Source: Chrysomallon squamiferum (lineage: Eukaryota; Animalia; Mollusca). From it: 64,000 nt of DNA. Location: the NCBI GenBank assembly GCA_012295275.1, contig CM022666.1, forward strand, positions 2,790,001 through 2,854,000, read 5' to 3'. Shown here piece by piece: positions 31,283 through 46,227 of this stretch. The notes below the pieces were generated by a model, which made no database searches, was not told the origin of the DNA, and saw nothing but the letters and a program-made list of their open reading frames with translations. Both the position numbers and the translations under genes were made by a program. How positions within the stretch are numbered: position 1 is the stretch's first letter; each line of letters opens with the position of its first letter.

Positions 31283-32339
31283 TCTGTGAACCAACCTGTA
31301 AAGGAAAGTCACTCTGTTTCATTTCCAGTGTGATAACCGGAACTTTCCCAGACAAGTGCAGGAAAGTACTTAAACTGCATACATTGTACCTGCCCGTTTA
31401 TACCACTCTGGTGATAATGATGACGATGACGATGATGATGATGATGATGATGGTTATTATTCCAATGGTTGGTTAGATCCAGGAAGGAATTATGGTTGGT
31501 ATGAGATCAAAAATTAATGTTTTCAAGCCAACATTTTTTAAATACAGAGTATATTTTACAAACTGATTTCAGGAAGGAATTACGGTTGGTATGAAATCCA
31601 AAATTAATGTTTTCAAGCTAAACAAATTATTAATACTAATTTCTGTATGTTATTAATACGGGTATTAATTCCGAAATTACCGTTTTTCAAGCTTTGCAGG
31701 AAGTTAAAACAAAATTTTAATACAGTTGTAGATTTTTTAAAACTGTTTTTTCACTGACCTAAAATAATATTTAACTCTTCCTGGATCTGAATCAGAAAAA
31801 TCTTTGATACGACAAATAAAAATGTCTTGTGTATATTAACGATGAAAGATAATTATAATAAAGCAAAAACAGTCACAATGCTGCCAAACAGCAACCAAAA
31901 AAAAAAAAAAAAAAAATCACTTCCAATTACGGTCAAATTTATCTTATCATATTAAATACCTTGCAAACTCTGGTTAAAAATATCCAGCAAAATAATAACA
32001 TTTTCCCTCTATAAAATATATCCAGTGGATTAATACCTTTTTTTATTTTTATGATTATTATTATGTTGGGTTTTTTTTTTTTTTTTTTTTTGCTCACTAT
32101 ACAACATATAGAGTGAAAACAAGTGAGTAATTCAACATTGCCAACAAATAAAGATTTCCTAATCAAAATGATAACCCAGCAGGGAAACAGCCGATAGATT
32201 ACTGCAATGGTGTTAACAAATTATGTTGTGAGATCTCTTCTTTATTACTTCAGCTGTTTATTACCAGCGCTGGTACTCTGGTTAAAGTTTTAACACTGGT
32301 TGTGTATGTCTGAGCTGGTTTTGTGTATGAATGTGTGTG

Positions 32340-32372
<33 letters not shown>

Positions 32373-32401
32373 CTGTGTGTGTGTGTTTATGATGTATACA
32401 T

Positions 32402-32710
32402 ATATGGTGCATGTATATGTGTTTCTGATGCATGTGCATGTTTTGATGTATTAATTATATTTAAACACACTTCTTATACACATTTACACATAAATACATT
32501 CGTGTGTGTGTGTGTTTATGATGTATACATATATGTATACATGAATATGTATATTTGGGTATATGTAGCTTTATGAAATATATGTGTGTGTCTATACAAA
32601 TATGGTGCATGTATATGTGTTTCTGATGCATGTGCATGTTTTGATGTATTAATTATATTTAAACACAGTTCTTATACACATTTACACATAAATACATTCG
32701 TGTGTGTGTA
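32402..32710. repeat. Local direct duplication of ~105 bp
   Basis: tatggtgcatgtatatgtgtttctgatgcatgtgcatgttttgatgtattaattatatttaaacaca.ttcttatacacatttacacataaatacattcgtgtgtgtg occurs at ~32403 and ~32601, nearly identical. Confidence 0.92.
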
Positions 32711-34587
32711 TGTATGTGTAAGTATACATATATATGTATGTATGTGTATGTAACAATTCAGCAGTGTACCTTTAATTCACATCACACTGTTATGAAATCT
32801 GAAGCTTGTTAGGAGTGTTTGAATTTCAAAACAGTGTAGACAGCTGTCAACAGACGATTAAAACAAATGAATCATCTACAACCAGGTGGCTCTGCACACA
32901 TCAGATTCTCACCTGCGATGCTGAATAATGTAAACTTTGACTCTGAAAACAGGTGTGCTGTGAGTCGTAGATCAAAGTGAATGTAACAACAGTGTTGTGT
33001 TTTGTTGTTTTTATTTTTGTAAATTATTTTTTGTTGTTTTTTGTTGTTGTTTCTTACGTTTTGGACTGAAACTTACGTCAGACCAATGAATAAATAAAGA
33101 AGAGTTGCATTATGTGTGTCTCTGTGTGTGCATGCATGTGTGTGTGTCTTTTAATTTTTTATTATTTTTTTGTTCTAACTTTCAAACTGATGATATGTAA
33201 GGATATATCTAGTGCAAGAATTAGAAAAGAAAAACATTCTAATTTTTTATTTAAAAAAAATTCTTTTAGCAACTTTTGAAACAGCTGGGCTGCAAGATGT
33301 GAAGCTTAGAGGTCACTGTATAAAGAAAACTAAAATTTTGTTGTTCTCTGTTGTTGAAAACAATACTTTTTATTAATTACTGAATGTTTCTTTTAATATT
33401 TAAACCCTTAGATATAATACTAACCTTAAACCAAATGAATAAATGAATTAAGAAGATTGTGTTTTGTTTTTTTAAACAATGCCAATATTAAAACTTAATT
33501 TAAAATTAACTTTGAAAAAAAAAAAAAAGAAAAAAAAAAAGATGAGTTATTAGGGTTAGTTCAGCTAAAACATATTTAATAATAATGTGTTTTAGGTTTG
33601 ACGGCACTGAAATTTATTCTAGAAACGTCATTCACATTTTAAGTTTAAGACTCGGGATCGCAGGTCAGCTTAATAAATCAACAAAGGAAGAATAGTGCTC
33701 GCTGACAGCAACAAAAATTCACCAAGTTTACGGCTGAACTTATACTCCAGCTCCATAACAGGTATATACCACGGGGCCATAAATCGTCTTAATCAATGAA
33801 TGACCTGTCGTCCACGACAACCGAATACACACAATTACTCCTGCATGTGTATTTGTTTTGCAATATGTACTAAGCTCTGTTTACCCATTCCGAGTAAGCT
33901 ACCCTGTAGTGTAGGTGGGCCGGTGAGAGAAATGAGGTCTCGGGTTGTTTAATTCAAACATAGACTACCGGTACCCATGCGATATCACTTGTGTTGTGTT
34001 GGTGGGGCACTGAATAATATCTCGAGTCAGGCTGGTGCTTCGCCTTAGTTTTATTTACACCTGCGATACAGTGTACACATGTCTGGCAGCTAGCGGAGAC
34101 TGATTAAATGGTAACCAAGGGATATGTCAATCACTGCGGTTAAACAAACATTTCCCTTCTGTAGCGCTTGGCTTCCATTTCAGACTTGCGTGTTTCGTGT
34201 CTCGACTCTATTATGTAACAGTAATAATTTATCACTCGCGGTACATATTGAATGCATTTCATCGATGTACTTTTTCAAGTGGATGTTTACTTGTTGGCAG
34301 TTTTGGCAAGTGGAATATATATGTATCTATATATACATACACTAGAAAATTTGAAAAAAAAAAAAAAAAAAAAAAAAAACATACTACCTTCAGAATACTT
34401 AGAATTAAAGCAGAATAGAAACTCTCCCCAAAATAAGTGACATGGAAAATAAAGAGTAAATTTTAAAATTTTAAAATATTTTAAATATAAATCATGATCT
34501 ATAACACATATAAATACAAACTTTCTAACTCGTACAGAAACAGAAACAAATTCAGGCACTCACACAGACACACATACACATTCACAG

Positions 34588-34625
<38 letters not shown>

Positions 34626-37106
34626 ACACATATGGCAAGTTCATAGTGAGAGTCATGTGAAATAAATCAAGTTTATTGCATCTTGGTAATTTAAAATACT
34701 GCTTGTTTCTACCTATAAAAATAAATGAAGTGATAATAAAATGGATATGACAGACACTCACTGAGTTTATCACTTCTGCAGTAAATTCTTTCTGTAAATA
34801 TTATTTAAACCACAGAACATAAGGCCAAAAGAAAAATAAATACGTGTTTCTTTTGATTATTCTTTACTCGGTGACAAAGAATAAATAATTGTGTCTCTGA
34901 CTTTTCTTTATTACTGTATGATATTTTTTTTTTGCATATATTTATTTATTTTAATACAATATAAAAAAAATTAAAAAATTGAAAGAAGAAGAAAATTGAC
35001 ATAATGAAATATGAATGAAATAATAAATAAATAAATATGAAAATATATAAACATGAAGACGGGCTTTCATTGTTCAATATTTCGCTTTCTAACTCTCGTA
35101 AATAAAATGAGTCTTTAAAATTAAAAAAACTAAAACATAAACAAACAAGATAATAAAAAAAAAATAATAATAATAAAATAAAAATCACCCCCCCTCCCCC
35201 CTCAAAAAAGCTTCCCTGCCACAATGACTTCATCAACTGGTTTTTCTGCACCGGATGCACTTAGCACAACTACTTCAAAGAAAACCAGTCAAACAAAATG
35301 GCTTCTTTCAATTCTAGCTTCTTCTTTTTTTTTTTTTTTTTTTTTTTTTCAATTCTTTCTTTGATTGGTTGCTTTCTTTGTCACATGATGACATCATGCA
35401 AGGTCACACTGGTCTATATGTGTACTAGAGGCAGTGACAAGGTGATGAAAATGTCCCCGAAGTGGGCAGGTGGTGTAGGTTACACTGCTTTCAGTTGAAT
35501 GCTGAGACCAAGGGGAGGTATCTCATTACAACTGCACGCAGTGTTATGGTCCCCTGTTTGACTACATCATAAAGAAACGGAAATAATCAATAGTTACGTG
35601 TGAAAAAAAAAAAGCGAATTGGAAAATAAAAAAAAATTAAAAATTAAAAAAAGAATAATAATTTCTTTGAAATTTTATTATTCTAATCTTCTTTATGCTA
35701 TTAATTTTAATAAAATTATTTTTTTATTATTAATTTTTTATTGTTCAATATTTTCTTTTTTTTTAAAATGTTTATACATTTTTAAAATGTTATTGTTGTT
35801 TCATCAATACGCTTTCTAAATTGTTAAAGTCACATAATTAAATATTTTTTTTGTTTTGCATGCTGTTGCACATTTCTGTTTGAATTTAACATTATTATTT
35901 CTTTTATATACATTTTATTTTATATATATAATTTAATATTATTTCTTTCAACATCCAAAATATTTAATTAATTTCTTTCTTTTTAGTTTTTTTTTTTCTT
36001 TTCTTTTCTTTTTTTTTACCTCTTTCACTCTAGATTAAATTTATAAAAATTTTGTTTAGCTTAAATCAGTGTTTTTTTAACAACAGGTACTTCAGTGAAA
36101 CTGATCACACGAATACAAAGTTGAAAATGTTTTTAATCTTATCTCGTGTGTCAAACAACAAAGAGGACTTCTTTTTTTTAATCTTTTTTAAATCTTTTTT
36201 TGTGGGTGGGTATATATATTTTTTTTGTTTTTAGTGGATGTGAAACCAGTACAACAAGCCTTTGGTAAACAAGATTTACAAGATAGGGGCCAATCCCAAA
36301 ACTTAGTGAATTGTGAAGGATAAAAGAAATTTAAAAAAAAAAAAAAAAAAAAAATGCATGGTGTTACATGTAAAAGAAATTATCACCACTCACTGATAAT
36401 TTTATATCAGAATAATTAAGTTGAATATTATTATCTATAGTTTAATGTCTGCCCAGAAATGTGTTTGATACTGGTGAAGTTTAAAAACAGAGAACATCAT
36501 CACGTCATCATCATTACTTCTTCCTTACATCAACCTCATCATTATTATATCAACTACAAGAAGACATCAACACTCAACTTCAATAAAAAGAAAACAACAA
36601 AGACTGTCATCATCATCATCATCATCATCATCACCTTTCACATCACACACATGTACCTGAACAACACAGAAATGCTCACACGAAACTCTGAAAGACAACA
36701 ATGATCAATTCCCCCCCAAAAAACAAAAAAACAAAAAAAACAAAAACAACAACAAAAAAAACCCAACATATTCATGAACATCATCATCATCATCATCATC
36801 ACATCAAACCTCACATGACAGCAACACTCAACTTTAACAAAAAAAAATTAAAAAAATACAACAAAGGACATCATTGTCATCACCATCACCATCATCATTA
36901 CTCTGAACATAGCCTTGTCATGGGAGACAGAAAAGAAAAAAAAAAAAAAGGAAAAAAGAAAGAATAGACAGATGCTGTGAGTGATAAAATAATGACAATT
37001 TAACTGTGAACTGCAGCTGCACACAGCATTTTTCATGGAAGATGGATTGATCTAATATTGGCAGCAGAGACACGCATGTTAATATCACATTATCCGGATT
37101 ATTTTC

Positions 37107-37723
37107 GACACCATGTTACATTAGTATTATCAGTTCCCTCAAGCTGACACCATGTTACATTAGTATTATCAGTTCCCTCAAGCTGACACCATGTTACATT
37201 AGTATTATCAGTTCCCTCAAGTTGACACCATGTTACATTAGTATTGTCATTTCACTCAAGTTGACACCATATTACATTAGTATTATCAGTTCCCTCAAGT
37301 TGACACCATGTTACATTAGTATTATCATTTCACTCAAGTTGACACCTTGTTACATTAGCATTATCAGTTCCCTTAAGTTGACATTGTGTTACATTATTAT
37401 TATCAGGTTGTCACTATCCTTCATTATTATAATCAGCTCACTGAAGGTTGACACTATGTTACATTAATATTATCAGCTCACTGAAGGTTGACACTGTGTT
37501 ACATTAATATTATCAGTTCACTAAAGGTTGACACTGTGTTACATTAATATTATCAGCTCACTGAAGGTTGACACTATGTTACGTTATTATTATCAGTTCA
37601 CTGAAGGTTGACACTGTGTTACATTAATATTATGAATTCACTAAAGGTTGACACTATTTTAAATTAATATTATCAGCTCACTGAAGGTTGACACTGTGTT
37701 ACATTTATATTATCAACTCACTG
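37107..37723. repeat. Two-domain minisatellite: ~8 x 39 bp followed by ~7 x 40 bp
   Basis: gacaccatgttacattagtattatcagttccctcaagct has period 39 from 37107; gacactgtgttacattaatattatcagctcactgaaggtt has period 40 from 37450. Confidence 0.95.
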
Positions 37724-40700
37724 CATGTGATAGATGATTTGTTTGTGTGTGTGTGCATGTGTGAATAAATGTGTTTTCTGTTATTATCATTATTTTATTA
37801 TAATTATTATTATTATTTCTCTTTCTGTAAAATTTTTTATTTTTATTTTAATTTTTTTGTTTCATTTTCATCTTATTATTATTTTTTTTAAATTCTTTAA
37901 TACTTGTCATTTTTTGAATTGAAAAGTAAATTAACTGAATGCATCATAATGATCTGAATGTTGCCATGAAATTAAAAACCGTATTTTTGCAAATGTCAAG
38001 ATGTCACACATTCATTATTGCTGATAACAACAAGAATGGCAGATGAAAATGTTTTTAACGGCTGACAACGTGTCAAGATGAAACAGTTAAAAATAAAGAA
38101 AAAATCCAAAAATTTTCATTAAATGCATTAGCGTAAAATATAAATAAAAAAATTAGTATTATTATTATTATTATTATTATTATTGTTTTTTTTTTTGTTT
38201 TTTTTTGTCTGTATAAATCGTTTTAAAATTTAAGATCTAAAGTTGCCTAGATATTATTTTTGTTATTTTAATTGTTTTGTATTGTAACCTGAAATGACTA
38301 TATTCGTGAACTGAAATATATAATACACATTCAAAAACATGTATACATTTCAGCTAATATACATGTACACTAAGATATATATATATATATATATATTTAT
38401 GCAGTCATGCTTGCTTGCATACACACACTCTAAAAAAACCACAGTCATACACAGACAAACATGTGTGTACTCATCTACGTACACCAAAACATTCAGACTT
38501 TGTAAAATACAAACACACACACAAAAAAAACACGCACACTTACATGCACAAATACAATCATAGATAAACCCCAAAACAAAATCTGTATAATACAGACGAA
38601 CAATAAAAACATGGAAATACAGTCTGGAAGACATACAACACACACACACACACAGAGACCTCCATACAAGCTTTTAAAATGTGCGCACACTGACAATGAA
38701 GCAAACACTTGCAGGTTTGAATAACAGACCCTCGTCACCACAGAGCTGGAGCACATCATTCATGTTGGGACAACAAAAGAACGAAACAAACCTGACACAC
38801 ACACACACACAATCAGGAGCAGGTCACTCAGTTTTCATGTCTGAGCGAGCTCTTTTGTTGTCGGAGATAAAATTACTGCCTGCACGCACCAGCACGGGTG
38901 TGTAGCTGCACAATGATAAAAACCACTTATCACAATTTGTACCTTTAGCAAACACTTTTCAAAGTTTCTATGGCGTACCGTGGGTCAGTATATTGATTTT
39001 CAAGAGTTAATTTCCCTTGATAACTCTCCTGATGGGTGGATTTTTTTTCTTCTGCAGATTAGACATTTTGTGAACTTTATTGTCTCTTCCCCAGCTCTTT
39101 GTAATTTAAAAATTTATTGAAGTTTTCTTGAAAATCTAGACAGTGATAAAAAAAAAAAAAAAAAAATGCTTGTTTTTCCTGGTTTTTGTTGTGTTGTTTC
39201 TGATAAATACATTTACCCTTGATGATAATACAACCCAGGGGTATGTTCTGACTAGCTTAGTGGAGGGTTCTGCTAAATAACAAGGATGATTATTTCAAAA
39301 ATTATCATCTACACACACATACACACGAATACACACATACTCAGACGTATGTTCATACATATATGCATACATTTAAACTGTAATCTTCAAAATATTAGGC
39401 CATACAGTAAATCATTTTTTTTTTAAAAAGGGAGAGATAAGTAGAGAAAGGGAAAGCATAAAAATGAAGTAAAAAATCCAATCTTGTAAAATAAATGAAT
39501 AAATAAATAAATAATTTTTAAAAAAATGCAAAACTGAAATGATTAAATAAAATGATTAAGTTAAGATTAGCACTCAGATTAACTTTTTATCCAAATACAA
39601 CAGACTGAAAGTAAATAAATGAATAAAAATAATGAAAAAAAAACACACAAAAAAAAACATACACAAAATGCTCAATAACATTAACAGTTTTAAAGACTGA
39701 AGTAATTAAAACCCAACATAACAGATCATGAAAAATTACTGCTTTAAAATTCTAAGGGACAAATTAAAATATTTAGTGAAAAAATACCACAGTCTGAATA
39801 AATTTAAATATTAAAGATTACATTAAAATTTGTTTCTGAAACACAAAAGACTGTATAACATTAAACCCTTTTTTTCTTAAATTAAACTTTAATGCATTTT
39901 TTTAAATACATGCTGTCAGTGTTAACTTTCTTGAATGCAGTCATTTAATTTAAAATTTAAAAAGAAAAAGAAAAAAAAAAAAAAATAGGAAAGAGAGGAT
40001 TCTTGACTTTCTACCCATAAATAACTCACACTGTGAAAAACTCCATTTTACATGAAATGCGATGTGTAAACTATCACATGATTAATGTGAATACACCAGA
40101 CATAGCCTTAATGTGAATAAATCATGTGACCTTTTTACCTCTTGGGTTTTTAATAAATACATTTTTTAAATTAAATAAATAAATAAATAAAAAAACAGAC
40201 AGACTGACTGACTGACAGACAGACAGACAAATAAACAAACAGATAAAATAAAATGAAATGAAACAAAATAAATAAATAGACAGACTACACACAGACAAAC
40301 AGACAAATAAGTAAAAAGATAAAATAAAAAAAAAAAAAATAAATAAAAAAATAAATAAAAAAAAAATAAAAAAAAATAAATAGACAGACTACACACAGAC
40401 AAGTAAAAAGACAAAATATAAAAAAAAAAAAAAAAAAAAAAAAAAATAAAATAAAATAAAATAAAATAAAATAAAATAAAATAAAAAATAAATAAATAAA
40501 TAAATAAATAAATAACAGGACATGATTAAAAAAAAAAAAACACTAATAGTAATAATAATTTAGTGGTATCAACAGTGACATTAATTAACAAAACTGTAGG
40601 TGGGTTGATGGGCAGATGAAAGGTTTCTGGAAATAAGTCGTATGATCTTCTAATCTTTTTATTTCATTTTTTAAATTTTTTATTTTTTTTAGATCACTTC

Positions 40701-41320
40701 CAAATTGATTAAAAACGTAATTTAGAGGGAATTCAATTGCTGTGGCATCAATACTGAAAATAATTCACCAAACGTCAGGTTGAAAGAGCTGGCTGGGAAG
40801 GTGGAATAGGTGCAGAAGAGGAATATTAAAGAGTCATTCAGTGTCTGTTTTAAATCACACATGTAATAAGAGGTTTTAAATTCAAGGTCATCTTAGATTC
40901 CTAACTTTGATGTCAATGTAAGTTTCAGGTGTTGCTCAGTAAATTATTCTTTGTTGAACATATTGCAGAAGCATGCACAAACTGACTGACAAATGTACTG
41001 CGAGAAGCAGACAGACAAAGATATACACATGTATATATATATATATATGTAGAGAAATTTATTTAAATGTTGTTTTTAGACACATGTTAACCCATACAGT
41101 TTGTTCTAAGATTATGTTGAAATATTTTACTAGAAAAGAAAATCTATTTACAAGACCTAAAAAAAAAAGAAGTCATTAAACAATAAATAAAAAAAATAAA
41201 ATAAAATTAAAATTATCATTCCTAAAACTGAATCTGGTAATTTTGTATCTATATTTATTTATTTATGAAACTTATTCACACAACAGACACACTCACACAG
41301 ACACAGACACAGACACAGAC

Positions 41321-41351
<31 letters not shown>

Positions 41352-41763
41352 GACACACACAGACATCATTTTTTACCCTTTTTTTCTGAAATTACGACTT
41401 AATGGCTGATACGAAACAATGGCTAAATCCTGGCTTTACACAGTCGATGAAAACTGGCAGCAGACGCCGACTTGAAATCTCATCAACAGCAAATTACCAA
41501 ATTAAATAAATCATCTCATTTACTTAACAGTGTCTGTACACTTAATACAGTTAACAGTAACCCACGATTACAAGGTTCACTGGACGACTTCAAAGCCCAG
41601 TCTGTGAAGCTTTATGATTAAAAAAAAAAATAGTATGGTGGGGATGTACAGTGGAGGTGGGTGGCTTTTTTTTTATTATTATTATTTCCACATGGATTCA
41701 AAAAAAAAAAAAATCTAGAAAATAATAAGAATAAAGGCAGGCTTAAATGTAAATATACACACA

Positions 41764-41827
<64 letters not shown>

Positions 41828-42616
41828 TCTACAAACAGCCACACACTCAAAATATTATGCTTTTTCAGATACAGTTTAGTCTCAGACCCTTCCAAACATA
41901 CAGAGCAACACAAAAATATTCATACAGAGAATGCAAAATAAAATGTGGATACATATGTGTGAACATACATACACACATGCATCCAGCCATGCAAACCATT
42001 CTGTATAAGGTATTGAAAGATTTTTTTGAATTTGATTTGTTTAGTTTCCATTTATATATTTTTTTTATTTTCAAAGTTAAATCAATATCAGGCTTCATAA
42101 GTATGTTGTTAAAAATAATGATTTCTATTTTCAGGATAATAATAACAATTTAAAATGAAATTAAAAATTATATGCATGTCATGATTATAAAGAAATGTTA
42201 TGTTCCATAAGGAAAATTGTTAAATAAATTTAAATTTAAAAAAAATAGAATATAAGAGTAAAAAAATCATTTATTTTTCATTTTTAAAAAATTCTACACA
42301 ATTAAAATATTTTGAAATATAAAACTTACTAATCAATAAAGTCATTTTGAAATTCTGTTTTATGGATATAAAATAAAACTAATAATAATAATAAATTAAC
42401 AATAAAAACAAAACTTTAAATAACATAACTGTTGTTGTGACAGCTGTTTTAAATTTGAATTTAAAATCATGATAAACAAAATTCAGGTATATTATATAAC
42501 AGTATTAAAAATACTTTAAAAAAAAAAAATATTTTCCTGATTCTCAAATAAATACTGAATTAAAATATTTTGGGCTAATTGTATATACATACTACTAATA
42601 ACACTACTATTAATAA

Positions 42617-42651
<35 letters not shown>

Positions 42652-42958
42652 ATATAGATTCAAAATTAACAAGAACCTTTTTTCCTTTTCTTTTTTTTTA
42701 AAAGCAAAATTTCATAATGTATAACCAGAACGTTTTCAATGTTAGTGACCTCCCCTTTTTCTCTCTCTTGGTGTCAGGAGGCACATTTTGGGTTTGCTTT
42801 TTTGTTTTTCTTTATTGTGTTTGGGCACACAGATGCAGACAATTATGTTATTCAATACTGTGTAATCTGGCTAAACCTGTCTAGACGGTAGCTGTTGTAA
42901 ACATCTGCACATGCTGGGCAATGATGCATCTCCCATCTGCTAGAAGAGAAAAGCCTAA

Positions 42959-42996
<38 letters not shown>

Positions 42997-44324
42997 CAAA
43001 CACGCCATAATTTTCACGCGTTTTCTTCTTAGGTTTCTATCGAAGGAAGAAACCAATTATAAAGATGACCTCATTTTCCATCTTGTTTACGAAGAAGAAG
43101 AAGAAGAAGAAGAAGAAGAAGAAGCAATTTGGAAAAGAAAGGACATGGCATTAGACAGCCCTGGTTAAGGATATTTAAGAATAGTCCTCAATTTAAAAAA
43201 AAAAAAAAAAAATTAAATAAAAAATTTAATATATTTTTTTTTTTTTTTTTTTTTTTTGTTAACGTTTTAAAATATTTTTTACTTTGAAATGTAGGGAAAA
43301 GGAATTGAAATAAAATAAATTTTAAAATAAATAATAATAATATATAAATTTGTGATTTAGTCTTTTTCATTATTTTGGGGAGATTTTTATTACTTTCATA
43401 TTCTAATGTTAATATTTATAAAAACTTAAAGGTAAAAATAATCATTGTCTTTTACTTTCTTGCACAGAACACATTTACACAAAATTCTCATTAAAGAAGG
43501 AAAGAAGAAAATAAAAGAAAACAAAGAATGAGAAAGAAAATATAAAGAAACAAAGAAAACAGAAGAAAAAGAAAAATGAAAGACAAAAAAATTAAAAAGC
43601 AGGAAAAGAGAAGAAAGGAGAAGAAATAAAAACAAATAAAAAGGAAAACAGAAGAAAGGAAGAACAAAGACAAAGAAGAAACAAAGAAGGAAAATGAAAA
43701 CACAAAGAAGAAAACATGGGGGGAAAAAAAAAATATGCAAACAGAATGAAAAGATGAAGAAACAAAGAAAAGAACAGGGAAAATAATTGGAAAAAAAAAA
43801 AAAAAAAAAAAAATATGGAAAGAGGCTTTCACAACATCCTTCCTCATAAAACACCCCTAAGAAAGAATATTTTGAATAGACATTGTTCAACAAACTCCAC
43901 CCCTAGAATTTAGTGACAATAACAGCTACAGAATTCAGCCATGTTGAATTATCTGAAGCAGATGCACAGAGTAAAAACCCAGTGCAGTTTGTTGTATTTC
44001 TGCACTAAAATAAAGACAAACACAGAATCAATCTTTCCGAGTTAAATATACCTTTTACAGACTTTTTTTTTGGTAGAATACTGTTTTTGTGGTAGTTTAA
44101 TTATGTTTTTTTTTAGTATGTTGCTATTATTACTTTTTTTGTTTTGTTTGTTTAAAAATATATATTTTTTATTTTTTTTTGCATTTTCTTTCTATTTTTT
44201 TTTTTTAGATCAGTATACTTTTGTAGATTTGTACTGTTCCTTTTATTATTATTATTATTATATTTGTTTTCTTTTCAATATTATATTTACCACAGGTCAT
44301 TCCGTGTATGTACAGAATAATGTA

Positions 44325-44630
44325 TAACAGTCTAGAAAAAGGATAATTTTCCTATCTAGAAAAAAAGAAGATAATTTCACCTGTACAGAATAATAGAAAG
44401 TTTTATATCTCTAGATTTCTAAGAAAAAGTTCTATTATATTTAAAAAGAAACATCTATGCTAATAATAATATATAACATGGACACTTAGAAAATGGATAA
44501 CTTTCCTGTCTAGAAAAACAGATAACTCTCTCTTTCTCTGACTAGATAATGGACTACAATACCATATGTCTAGAATACTGTTACTCCCCCCTGTCCGGAA
44601 TAACAAATAGCTCCCCCACCATGTTTAGAA
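44325..44630. repeat. Degenerate repeat built on tctagaaaaa..gataa(t/c)tt
   Basis: Repeated tctaga/tacagaataat and gataattttcct modules. Confidence 0.55.
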
Positions 44631-46153
44631 TAATAATGAACTGGTGTATAAGGGATTGTCACTTGATTTATGTGAATGAAATGAATCCACTGATAGCTGA
44701 AGTGAGTCACTTGGTGTCAAAGGGTTTTTTCTTTCCTTTTAAGAAGAAAAAAAAGTATTTTAAATATATATACCTAGTAACAGTGTGCATGATGTCAAGT
44801 CAAGGTTATCTTGTTTGTGTTAGTATTTCACAATTTCTCAGCAGACATTAAAAAAAAAAAAAAAAAAAATTTAAAAAAAAAAAAAAATAAAAGAAAAGAG
44901 TGAAAATGAAAAAGGGGCAGACAGGAATGAAAATGAATGAGAGAAAAAATGAATAAGAAAAGAAGAGAGAGAGAGAGAAAGAGAGAGTGTGTGTGTAAAG
45001 AAAGAAGAAAGAGAAAAAGACCACAAAATCATGTAAAACAGAAAACAAAATTAATATTTGAAGAGATAAATAAACAGAGCAAAAGAAGTTTTATTTTTAA
45101 AACTTATGAAGAAGGCATATATAATATATATCTTTGTTAGATGCATTTAAAGAATTATATCAATAATAATAATATCAGTAGAAGTACTAGTAGTAGTTGA
45201 AGTAGTAGAAGGAGTAGTAATAACAATAACAATAATAATAATAATATGTGTTAAAATAAATACTTCAAATCTGAATGGAAGACGTGAAGAAAACAGGTAT
45301 AAAAAAAAAAAAACGAGGAATGTGAACTTCTAACAACATGCAGGAAAACAAGTTTTGTGACCAAAAAAAAAAACCCCCATAAAATAGAGAACCTATTTTT
45401 TATTTATTTAAAAAAAAAAAAAAACCAGTAAGTCACTTGTAAAACTGCAAACACGTTTGGTGTGCGACACCAAACACTCGCTTGGTAATACAAACGCCTG
45501 CCTGCCTGCCTGCCTGTGTGTTTGTAATTATTATCCACCGAGCTTGTTTTTAACCCAACGTGTGCAACGCTGAGTGCAGTCGCAGGCCACGCTGCTCTGA
45601 CGTTGCGCACGTCTGTCTGTCGGTCTTCCTGTGCTGTGTTTGCACATACAGAACAGTGTCAACAAGCAGCCATGCCCTGTCACCGTGGTGACCCAGGTAT
45701 GGTGCAGTTCGTATCTGAACGGGGCTAACCCAGGTCGGAAAAGTAAAAGCCAAATGTTATCTGCATGTTTTTTTTTTTTTTTTTTTTTTTTTTTTGCAGC
45801 CCAAAATGTTCTCTGTTTGACTTCTTCTTCTGCTGCTTTCTGCTGGGGAGGAAATGCATCACAGGCACCTAGAAGACATCTTGTGACAGTAATCATTTTT
45901 CGTGTTCTGTGTGTGTGTGGGCGACTATTTTGCTGGTGGAATAAGCGTTATGTGTGTAATTTTGCAATTAAAGTTCTGGTCTAATTTTTTTTTTTTTTTT
46001 TTTAATGTTGTTTAATTTACACATGTCAGTATATAAATTAGCAATTACTTAACATACAGATAAAAAAAAAAAAAAAATAAAATTTATAATTTCCAATAAT
46101 CCATATTTCGGAGACAGAAAGATAGAAAGAGAGAGACAGAGACAGAGAGAGAC

Positions 46154-46227
<74 letters not shown>

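Noticed and set aside
33900-33960. tRNA- or SINE-head-like string (gtagtgtaggtgg...gaggtctcgggtt)
   Set aside because: No valid B box (GTTCRA) and no cloverleaf could be built.
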